This document shows positions 24,993 to 35,300 of a DNA stretch of 64,000 bases, piece by piece; the stretch's first letter is position 1, and each line of letters opens with the position of its first letter. The translations under genes were made by a program, and so were the position numbers. The stretch covers positions 496,001 through 560,000 of the forward strand of contig MU008188.1 in NCBI GenBank assembly GCA_010909165.1. Reading direction: 5' to 3'. Source of the stretch: Anthoceros angustus. Its lineage: Eukaryota > Plantae > Anthocerotophyta. The notes beneath the pieces were generated by a model, which was not told where the DNA came from, did not search any database, and saw only the letters and a list, made by a program, of their open reading frames with translations.

Positions 24993-26644
24993 TAAGGGAA
25001 GCACACTGTGCCATTGTTTCTTGAAATACTCAATGAAACTCGGAGCGCTGTCTCCAAAATCTACATACACTTGTTGTAGCATTTTGTGGGCCTCATCTTT
25101 AGTTTGCCACCGTCGGGATAGGTACATAATGTGACCAAGGCGCTGGAAGATTGCAACCCGAACTTCCCAGTTCCAGACCTTCAATAACAAATGTCGTAAC
25201 CAGCACTTTCTGACATGCCACAAGCATAACAACACTGGAACTGTCACGCCCCATACATTGTGAATGGCTGCAATTTCTGCAGCTGCATCGTCTACCAGAA
25301 AGGCACTTGGTTGCCATTCCTGGCAGTGCCTACCAATATGGTCCTTGAAAGCTTGCAACCAAGAGTGAATATCTACTGTCCCACTATCTGTAACAATCCA
25401 GGCAACAGGCATTCCGTTATAGTAACTATCAAACACCAAAAGTGTGTACAAGTGAAACTTGTATTTGTTGGTCCCGAACGTGGCGTCCATGGATATGACA
25501 TTCCCATTCCCAAACTGCAGAATCATGGAACGCTGGAAATCAGTTTGCAAGCCAATCACTAAGGGGGAGGAAACAGAATGATACCAGACAAGGTCCTTGT
25601 GAGCCTCTATCCACAAACCAACACTAATCTCATCGTTGGGGTGATACTGATAGAACCCTGGAAACAATTGAGAGGCAATGTTGTTAATGTCGTGCGGCTG
25701 TAAAAAATCATCGCGACAAGGTTCATAATCACTAGCTTGTGCTTTCAATTCTACTTGCTCCACATGCTCGAGGTATATCTGCCTCTTTGTTACACCAGCA
25801 AATAGAGGCTGTCTCATAGCAGCACGGATGTCCTCACTTAAACGGGCAGCAAACCTTGAGCGAGGGTCTGCAGTATACTGAAGTCCGTGGCAGATTTGTC
25901 CAGATTGGTCTACATGTTCAAATGAATCACGAAACACAACTGCTAGTTGTGGCGGATAGCAAGTCGCTTCACATCAAAGTGGTACTCGCAACCATGTTTG
26001 ATACTCTGACCTCTCAAGATCTTGGCTTTGCGTTTTCCTACACCGCTTGAAGCCTGCTTTTGTCGCATTATCACGAAGATCGCCTTTCCCAAATGCACAC
26101 CAGTATTTCGTGTGGCACAAATAAGCCCAAACATTAGTTTTACGGCTGCTGTTGGAGGCAACTTGCTTCTTATCCGTCTCCTTCCAAAAGTATGTGGGGA
26201 ACTGCACATTCTTGCCTTAATACGATAATTTTTGAAGGGGGGATATACTGACCCCCTTCGGCCGAGACAGCACCCCCTTGTCACGAAGAACACCTTACCT
26301 AGAACAGCATATGTGCCCTACTTTGATAATGCACACACCTTTCTCGAGGTCATATCTTTGATAAAAGATGCACTTTCAAGTCTACACCCGAGAACTGGAG
26401 CATGAGGGTGTGGGCCCGCTTATGCTTTAGTAGAATGCATAGAGGGCTGCCATTTTCATATGTTTATTACAACCGAAAACTTTTACTTTCAAGTGGTGGA
26501 ACACAATGAAAACAATCTGTACTAGCGGAGTCTCATTTAAGTGGTCGTGAGAACATTGCAACAAACAATCAAGGAGGAAGTGGTCATCAAGATCGACAAT
26601 AGCCATTCAAGAGTGCGGCTGGCGACTCATCCATGCCTTGCGCC

Positions 26645-28858
26645 AACCGAGTCAAGTACCACCGCCATATTCGAGGCGGTCCATATCCTCCGCCTCGGTT
26701 GTCGCTCTCCATTGCTTGCTCGCCTTCAATAGTATCATTCTTGGGCCCCGACGGTGTCGATCGCCACACAAAGATCTAGGGTCTCACCTCATCCAAAAGG
26801 TCGCCATGTGGTCTTCAACCTTCCGCACTCAATGCAACCACTTGGGCTTTAAGGCAATGCCAACGTCCTTAAAATGAACAAAGTTAGTTGCCCATGCGCC
26901 CATGCAAGCATCCTTAAAATCAACAAAATTGAATTGTTGAGGAGGCACGAGGTTTGAACACAAACCTATTCATTACTACACTTATTTCCCAAACACTAGA
27001 CCAACAGTCCATGGTTGAAATAATTCTTGAGGCGCTAAATATTTATTTTCTGGAAGCAGGTAGAGGAGGCGCCGGCCGGCGCCCATGGGCAAGGCATGGC
27101 GTGTTGGTGGGGGCGGCCGGCCCATGGGCGGCGGCCGGCGCGCCATGGGCGGTGTGCTAGGAGGGCGCTGGCCGGCCGGCGCCCATGGTGTGCTAGGGGA
27201 GGCGCCGGCCGCCCATGTGGTGTGTTAGGGGAGGCGCCGGCCGGCGCCCATGGGCGGTGTGCTAGGGGAGGCGCCGGCCGCGCCCATGGGTGGTGTGTTA
27301 GGGGCGCCGGCGGCCGGCGCCCATGGGCAAGGCATGGCGTGTTGGGGAGGCGCCGGCGCGCCCTTAGCACCATCCTACGGTGCATACGGTGAAGCTAGGG
27401 GGACAAGAAGGAACGGCAGTATCCTATCACCGATGGAAGGTGTGGCCCATTTGCGTGAAGGGTTAAAAGATTTGCATCCATAGGTGACGCTGAAGAGTAT
27501 AAGTGGTGGGAAGCCTTTGGACCGGAAGGAGATTGCTATCATTGTGGAGAATAACATTGGGCTAGTGCTACGTCCTTGGAAGTGGTTTTCACGTGCGAAG
27601 TGGATCATACTGACCACTTCAAGTGCGGATGAAGCTTTGCTAGATGAGGCATTATTGAGGGACCTCCACGTGATATGTATTTGGGGCATATCAAAATGCG
27701 GAAGGCAACTGGAAATGGCACGGATGAATGGGGACATAACAAAACCGAGTCAAGTACCACCGCCATATTCGAGGCGGTCCATATCCTCCGCCTCGTTGTC
27801 GCTCTCCTCCATTGCTTGCTCGCCTTCAATAGTATCATTCTTGACGGTGTCGATCGCCACAAAGATCTAGGGTCTCACGACCCTCATCCAAAAGGTCGCC
27901 AATGTGGTCTTCAACCTTCCGCACTCAATGCAACCACTTGGGCTTTAAGGCAATGCCAACGTCCTTAAAATGAACAAAGTTAGTTGCCCATGCGCCCATG
28001 CAAGCATCCTTAAAATCAACAAAATTGAACTGAGGAGGCACGAGGTTTGAACACAAACCTATTCATTACTACACTTATTTCCCAAACACTAGACCAACAA
28101 TCCATGGTTGAAATAATTCTTGAGGCGCTAAATATTTATTTTCATGAGGTGGGGAGGGCGCTGGCCGGCGCCCATGGGCAAGGCATGGCGTGTTGGGGGG
28201 CCGGCCCGGCCCATGGGCAAGGCATGGCGTGTTAGGGGAGGCGCCGGCCGCCCATGGGCAGTGTGCTAGGGGAGGCGCCGGCCGCCCATGGTGGTGTGCT
28301 AGGGAGGCCGGCCGGCCCATGGGCGGTGTGCTAGGGAGGCGCCGGCCGGCCCATGGGCAAGGCATGGCGTGTTGGTGGGGGCGCCGGCCGGCCCATGGGT
28401 GGTGGTGTGCTAGGGAGGCGCCGCCGGCCGGCGCCCATGGGCGGTGTGCTAGGGAGGCGCCCGGCGGCGCCTCCCTTAGCACCATCCTACGGTGCATACG
28501 GGTGAAGCTAGGGGGACAAGAAGGAACGGCAGTATCCTATCACCGATGGAAGGTGTGGCCCATTTGCGAAGGGTTAAAAGATTTGCATCCATAGGTGATC
28601 AAGAGTATAAGTGGTGGGAAGCCTTGGACCGGAAGGAGATTGCTATCATTGTGGAGAATAACATTGGGCTAGTGCTACAGCCTTGGAAGTGGTTTTCACG
28701 CGTAAGTGGATCATACTGACCACTTCAAGTGCGGATGAAGCTTTGCTAGATGAGGCATTATTGAGGGACCTCCCACGTGATATGTATTTGGGGCATATCA
28801 AAATGCGGAAGGCAAGCTGGGAAATGGCACGGATGAATGGGGACATAACGGAACCGAG
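26645..28858. repeat. ~1.1-kb tandem duplication inside the nested element (aaccgag microhomology)
   Basis: aaccgag at 26645, 27743 and 28852; the two units align. Confidence 0.88.
27068..27363. repeat. GC-rich array of palindromic motifs (GGCGCCGGCCGGCGCC and CCCATGGG); second array ~28156-28473
   Basis: Repeated ggcgccggccggcgcccatggg-type units separated by tgtgctagggagg or caaggcatggcgtgttgg spacers. Confidence 0.9.
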
Positions 28859-30581
28859 AGGGATGTTTACGGCGGTGCCGTGCAATACGGACATGCATAA
28901 CAGGCCATTACGGATTGGGAGGTCATTGACGTGAAGCTAAACGCACCACGACCTCACTTTCTTATCCACTAGTATCGGACCGAGCACATAGATGCGTATG
29001 AAGGAGATATGTGCAGAACATAGTCCGCCAGAGTGGTAACCCATCCGTCCAATGCCGAGGAAAAAGGGAATAAGATCCATTACCTAAAAACATACAGAGG
29101 TATTTGTGAATGAAACATATCCCAGACATGGGTTTGTGTTGAACGACAAAACATCCGTATGTGGACAAAAAGCGATAAGGGATAAGCTCATGAGTTGCGT
29201 GGCTTCATACAACTGCGAGTGAAAGTGTCATCAAGATAGTGATGACAATGGAGGAGAAGTCGGACCAAGTGATGACGATGGATTGAACTCGGGATGAGTG
29301 AAACCGAAATCTGCTTTTTCCGGGTCCCGAGTTAATGTTGTAAGTCCGGTCGATGTTTCGTGTTAGGAAATACCGTCTGTGGCTTTTGTGGTGTCATAAC
29401 AAAACCACATTTCCATCCCAAACCGAAGTTTACTGCTCGCCCGGCAGAACGGCCTTCCTCACCGCTCCTACTTTGCATCATTCCCTAGGTTCGAGTTTCA
29501 TACCACCATTCGACACAAACATTGCCGGATGGAAAGTAGTAACTTTCCGGGTGACACCTTTTTGGAGCTGTTTTCCGCAATGCCTTCAAAACGCTGTTTT
29601 AGGGCCCATCAAAAACCCCCTTCAGAGATTATTTGCGGAAAACCCCCTTCGAGATTATTCACCCCCTTCAAAAATTATCGTGTTCCTTCTCCTAACACCA
29701 AGTCAGACACCCTGTTCCATGGAATAATGGCAAATCTAGAGATAGCGGGCACACAATCCTTAGAAGCAACTTGATACCGTCTTGCTATAACAGTGGGTGA
29801 AAACTTGAGATGTTGCGTGTTGAACAAGCCACCTGGCGGCTCTTGCACCTCCCAACCGTAGGGAAGATCTTCAATCTCCATCTTAGTTGCCATTTCAAGT
29901 CACAATTCGGTGTTCAGAACACGGGCTGCACGGAGGTATTGCTTAATCGAGTTCAGTGTGAAGTGAACCCGCCAAAAATGATGCTTACTTTCTATTTCAA
30001 ATGGAAACGTGTTTTAGGGTTTGTTTCGCCTCTGGTTATGTATGACATGCATGCCATGCGCAAGCAGACATGGTCATAGCATGACGTCATGCTCATGACA
30101 TGAGGCATGACATGAGCCTCTTGGCGCTTAAGACCGGCAGGCCGTGCCGGTGGCAACGGAGAGGAGAGAGACTGAGTGGTGGGCCCCACTAGATCAAGGC
30201 AACCTCGCATTAAACCCCCGACGAACTATAGTGACCGGGGAAATGGGATGCCATCGGGGTTCTGGATATACCCCACACACGTTTCGATCTTGGTATATTT
30301 CCATTGCTAGCTTGATGCTCAACAACAAAAGCAATGATATTTATGTCCACTAAGGGTAGCTGTCCTTTTTCGGCACATAAAAAAACTTAAAATTAAATTG
30401 GGTAGAGTCAAGTTAGAAAGTACCTAAACGAAGTGGGCCCTTCTAGTATTTAAGCCGACGTGAGAAAACTGATATTACACTGAAAACTTGAACTAGTTCT
30501 ACTGATTATTATCTATTAGTTGTACATCAAATAACATGCTAGCCTTGCTATAGATTTTCTGTCAGTTTAACGTCAAACGAC

Positions 30582-32379
30582 ATGGTCGCTTTACAACCCT
30601 TTGGCTATAAGAGGATTTCAAGTTTCCACAATATGGCTAAAGTATCGAGAGAGCATTATATCTTTATTGTTGGAACAATATGGATGTCAATGTTTGCGAT
30701 AGCTTGGGTGTCACTCCTTGCTTTGATTTTCTCTCGTACTGTACTAGGAGGTGAACAAGGCGCTCATTTGCAGGTATGCATGATTCCTTTAGTTTTCCAT
30801 ATCTCAAAACTTGGTAACATTTTGACCAACAAAATCATATGAATTGAAATCACATTTGATCAGGTTGAGAATGGCTTTGTTATAACACAAACTTTAGAAA
30901 TTGTGAAGAAATCAACAAGCATCATCACACAAGCGAGCAAAATGATTACAGTGAGCTTGGAAGATGATGGTTCTGATTTCAAGTACATCCAAGATGCTAT
31001 TAATAGTGTGCCTGATAATAATGATGCTCAGATCATCATCAAGATTGCACCCGGTTTCTATATGTGAGTATCATATTACAAGTATATCTAACTTCTAGCA
31101 GTGGAATATGTTGTTGGGTGCCTAACATATAATATGTTTATGTAGGGAAAAAATAAAAATTCCTTCTACCAAACCCTACATAACATTAGAGGGATCAGGG
31201 ACATCAACAACTAAAATTACATGGAATGATATTGCAGCAACTGCAGGTACTTACAATAGTGCAACAATAGGTATCGATGCTAATAATTTCATCGCGACTA
31301 ATATAACTTTTGAGGTATGTAAGATTTTCTCATTCTATATTTTTATGTGAAACTTATGATTGATTAACTCATATCTAACTGATGCTTGTTTGATTTATAA
31401 GAATTCAGCACGAGTTGCACTTCCAGGCGAAGTAGGGGAGCAAGCGGTTGCATTAAGAATAGGCGGGGACAAAGCTCAATTTGTCAATTGTAATTTTATT
31501 GGTGGTCAAGACACTCTTTTTGATTTCTCAGGAAGACATTATTTTTTGAACTGTATAATCATTGGTACGGTTGATTTTATTTTTGGTAACGGTCAATCTA
31601 TATATCAGGTATTTTTTCATAGCCGTGATCATTTGGAAATTGAATTTCTTATGATTATATGTGATTTATGCTTTTGAGTTCATGTATCTGATGAAGTACA
31701 CCTCATTTATACTTAAAATATGCTCGTTTTATAGGGTTGTACCATTCAATCTATTGCAAACACCACTGGAGCAATAAGCGCCCAAAAGAGAGACTATGAG
31801 TATGAAAGCACTGGATTTGTTTTCAATGATTGTTGGGTGAATGGAACTGGCTCAAACTACTTAGGTAGAGCGTGGGGAAATGCCTCTCGGGTAATATATG
31901 CAAATTCATATATTGAGGACATAATTGACCCACAAGGGTGGAGCGATTTTAACGTCCCTATTAGAGACAAGTAAGTTATCTTCCCTGACAAGAGTTTACT
32001 TTAAAATAATTCACAACTATGAAGATAGGTTCATGATTTATGCTTATTCACATCATAGTCTTCGGCAAATAAACTTCTAAGCATTCATATCTATAGTTCA
32101 CTTTAGACATTATATAAGATATTTCATATTTTTTAGACATAATTTTGTTAGTTAGTCCTAGTTAAAACCAATTTTGTAAAGCTTGTGCTAAATCTGTTTT
32201 GTTTTTTTAGAACTGCTTTTTATGGGATGTACCAATGCTATGGTCCAGGTGCCAATAGTACTAACTTTGTCACTTGGGCACATGAGCTAACATGGGAACA
32301 AGCAGCTCCTTTTCTTAATCTGACTTTTATAGACATTGAGAACGAAGGATGGGTTACATTTGGTGAAACTATATATTGA
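30582..32379 (+). CDS. Pectin methylesterase without PMEI pro-domain, 6 exons
   Basis: Exons ~30582-30773, 30864-31063, 31146-31314, 31402-31608, 31735-31970 and 32211-32379 splice in frame at GT-AG sites. Motifs [42 protein letters not shown] and GWSDF; hydrophobic N-terminal segment. The start could be 30582 or a later Met. Confidence 0.95.
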
Positions 32380-32640
32380 CTCATAAAATTATCCATTTTT
32401 ATATAATTATTTTTCTTATATAGAGGAACGTTTTACAAATATGATTTTCAATAATAAATTGAGTTCTCAAAATTACTTTGTATGTATCAAAGTAAAAGGA
32501 CGTGATGTAGCACACATTGTAAATAGGGAGAAATATTTTACAACTTGGATTTATTATTTTAAATTTCAAAACTACTTTGTAAGTAGCATCTTATTGCTCA
32601 GGCGCACTGGTCAGTGTCCTATGCAACAAGGTTTCCTCTA

Positions 32641-32811
32641 GAGTATCCACCTTGTCAAAGGTTCAGGATGATTGTACAAGAGAAGGCTGGGATTCCTTTG
32701 TCAAAATTCCAATTTCACACAATGCAGGAAATCAAAAGTATGTTATTGCAAGTAACTCTTGCTTTACACGTAGCACAAAAAGCTTATGGATTCGAGCATC
32801 GTGACCTCCAT
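32641..32811 (+). pseudogene. Haspin-like kinase fragment
   Basis: IKSMLLQVTLALHVAQKAYGFEHRDLH resembles the haspin catalytic loop region (FEHRDLHWGN) but breaks after HRDLH; no other kinase subdomains are nearby. Confidence 0.6.
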
Positions 32812-32999
32812 AACCCAATCAAAAGCAATATAACCCGCATTTTAAAGTAGATTGTAAATTAACAATCTATTGTAATCTGCATTGTAAAATTTAGTTTTTG
32901 AGAAAAATCCAAGCTAAGCGAGAATAAAGTTATAGAAATTACTCAAATAGTCTCCGATAATGAGGAATACATTGGCATTTATCCAAAACAGAATTTTGA

Positions 33000-34200
33000 T
33001 TGGTGTGGGGCCTTCTCCGCGGGGTTTTGCATTTGGCTTTTGAAGAATTGTCCAAGGATGTGTTTGCTCCGTCCTTAGCAGATGTCGAGAAGTGTGTCTT
33101 TACAACGTCTCTCCAGCTTCTCTTCAAGCAGCGTGCACAAATGATCTTCAAACTCGGTGACTATCTACTCTGGCTCCGCCTCCAAGAACATCCCGAGGTT
33201 AATGACGCGGTCTACACACAACTTTAAATTTTATGGGCCAGCCTCTAATACATAGCGCCAAACTCCAATCCTGGAGCCAGGTCTTTTCTCTTCATGGGTT
33301 GGAGCAAGTTCCACGACTTTATTTGTCTAAACAAGCTAACAATTTGCAATGACAAGCTCTTGGAAGGTATCACCGCGCGCTTTGACCACCCTGCTCACCA
33401 CCCTCAAGCTTCCGACTCCTAAACTCGAAGGTAAGCAGGGAATTACAGAACTACGGCTCATCCTCATTCATCTTACCTAGTTGGTTGAGCATTACAACTT
33501 CTTCGGCCTCGCGATGGTTGAAAGCTTGGATGCCGATATGAATTTGGAGCTGTCGAATGAAGAAAAAAAATCGACACCTACACGAGGGGCGGCTAAGCAA
33601 TTCTTTTGTTGGTGGCTAAGATTCGTCATCTCCCCTCTCAATTAGTAGGTGTCTTTGGGTTCTTGGATTTGGCCAAATAAAACCGATTCATGTGTGAGGA
33701 ATGGGTTGAAAACATCCTCTCAGTTATGGCCCTCAAGCACACCCTCTTTGATGTGTCTCAATACTACAAAGAGGAACTCGACCAAGTCACCTCTGGTCAA
33801 GATTTGGCCAGGCGCATCACTAACGATGTGTTTCACATGGTGCCAAAGTGTTTGAAGTCCAAAATTATAGCAAAGCTCAAGGACCAGGTGAAGGCCCTTG
33901 AGACGTGGAAATCCAGGGGAGACTCCCTTCCATGGCCCCTTGGGATTCCTATCGAGCGTGATAAGGATTCGATGTATTGAAGTCCATCGATCTAGAGCAT
34001 TGTTCGTTGGTGTCTAAAACATACCATTTCTTTGTGGATGTTCCTCTACCTGTTGTGTGTTTTGCAAGATGTGCAGAAAGCAAGGGCACTAATCATGACC
34101 ATTTGTGGGAAGGTCACGGAATCCGTTGTCCAACATAGGAGAGAAATGTCTCAACGCTGAGTCAGAGCCAGCTTCGAAAGGATGCCCAGGATGGGAATAA
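33000..34200 (+). pseudogene. Degenerate ORF, distant relative of the unknown ORF at 1140-2443
   Basis: 34085-34180 reads ALIMTICGKVTESVVQHRREMSQR*VRASFERM versus ALIRAICGKITDWTVWRELSMRRVRAAHQRI (17 of 33 aligned positions identical). Confidence 0.45.
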
Positions 34201-34229
34201 CGATGACCAGCACAGTGCAGATAGTGAGC

Positions 34230-35300
34230 TGGGCCCATCAGATGAGGAGGAGGTTTATCAATGGCCTTCCTGCATGGGGGTGTACTTGTAAACCTTGGCT
34301 GTCGCGATGATATGCTCGTAAATGGTATCCCGGTTAGGGTCTGTTACAACCACATCTACAACAGAGACCTGGTCCCCTCGTGTCAAAAATAAGTCATCCG
34401 TAAGAGAACCGCTATCGAGCAAAGGATATAGGCACTCCGTGAAAGGAAAGAATCCGCTCTCCTTGGCCATGGAGAACATGACATATCGGATATCGATATG
34501 TTACGATGTGCTGCCCACCAGTTGAGCAGTGATCTAGGTGGGTCCCAGAGTCGTCGAGGGGGGCCCCATAACTGCAAGTCGTGACAGAATAAGCGAGAAG
34601 CTAGACCGAGCCTAGGCGGAACCTCATCGCGGTAAAAAAGAAGCTGGTGCGATTCGGAAGGCCTCGATGCGAGTTTGGGCCAAAAGCTAGGAACCTGCTC
34701 CCTTCCCCGAGCAAGAGCAGAGGCAAGCTTGTGCGGGTTGGAAATGAAGGGAATTCTAGAATCAAAGCCTATTTCGCCTCCCATACTGCTTCTCTTGGAG
34801 CGAGGCTTGAACCCACATAGACCATCCACAAGAAACGAGGAGGAAGGAGGCATGACCTTCCTAGCCTGAGAGGATAAGAAGCCCCTAGCCAACCTTAAGG
34901 ACACAAAGCCCTCCAAGATGCCTCAATGCCCGAGACGAGGCTTTCCAAGATGTAGGAATCCCTCATCACGAAGCGAGAAGCCAAGATAGGGGCAGAGAGG
35001 GCCCAGCTTCCTAGAAAGGCTGCTGGCGTAGAGGCCTCCGTGGCCAATATTAATAAACTAATGCTCCCAAATTTGACCATTAGAGACGCTTGCTGCCATG
35101 CTAGATCCCCCGCAACACATTCCAAGGTACTTAGGCCGATGATGTCTCTCAACGCCTGCATGATTTGGTTATTGAAGTCCCTCAGGCTAAATAAATCAAC
35201 CGGAGAGGGAGGCACAGTTTGAATAAAATACCTCAATGAAGTAGAAAGAGAGGATACCAAACGCCATATAAGGGTCCCCTAATAAGAGAAAGGCCACCGA
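34230..35300 (-). mobile_element. Degenerate non-LTR retrotransposon 3' end, CRE/REL-endonuclease type
   Basis: Across frameshifts: WQQASL..PAAFLGSWAL, then ARARLCSCSGKGAGSWLLA-like, a G-LDDSGTHLDHCSTGG zinc-finger-like stretch, MFSMAKESG, and DLFLTRGDQVSVVDVVVTDP. This is the usual order of RT C-terminus, zinc finger and REL nuclease. Confidence 0.7.

Larger units (their letters stand above)
26219..29684 (+). mobile_element. Non-autonomous Sola-like TIR element, 3,466 bp, nested in MULE transposase C
   Basis: 23-bp TIR aatacgataatttttgaaggggg / cccccttcaaaaattatcgtgtt (1 mismatch); 4-bp TSD CCTT (26215-26218 and 29685-29688). Internal 27490-27710 and 28915-29180 resemble 5340-5560 and 5650-5910 of the transposase locus. 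Confidence 0.9.
24080..29893 (-). pseudogene. MULE/SWIM transposase gene C, split by the nested element; DDE core intact in a 368-aa ORF (24831-25937)
   Basis: N-terminus MATKMEIEDLP..SRFAIIPWNRVSDLVLGEG (29893-29685) resumes at 26214 as KNVQFPTYF..YWCAFG. Core MDATFGTNKY, AFLVDDAAAE, CLWHVRKCW, NSAIEALH. SWIM CCNCPRGTQGFFCKQ (24520-24903). A few 1-bp frameshifts. Confidence 0.9.
16777..30239 (-). mobile_element. Composite Mutator-like element (MULE), 13,463 bp, with ~85-bp TIRs and a 9-bp TSD
   Basis: Left end gccgctcactaaaattcgtcgggggtttaatgcttggttgccttgat versus reverse complement of the right end cccggtcactatagttcgtcgggggtttaatgcgaggttgccttgat. GAAATGGGA flanks both ends (16768-16776 and 30240-30248). 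Contains MULE DDE/SWIM ORFs. Confidence 0.92.
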
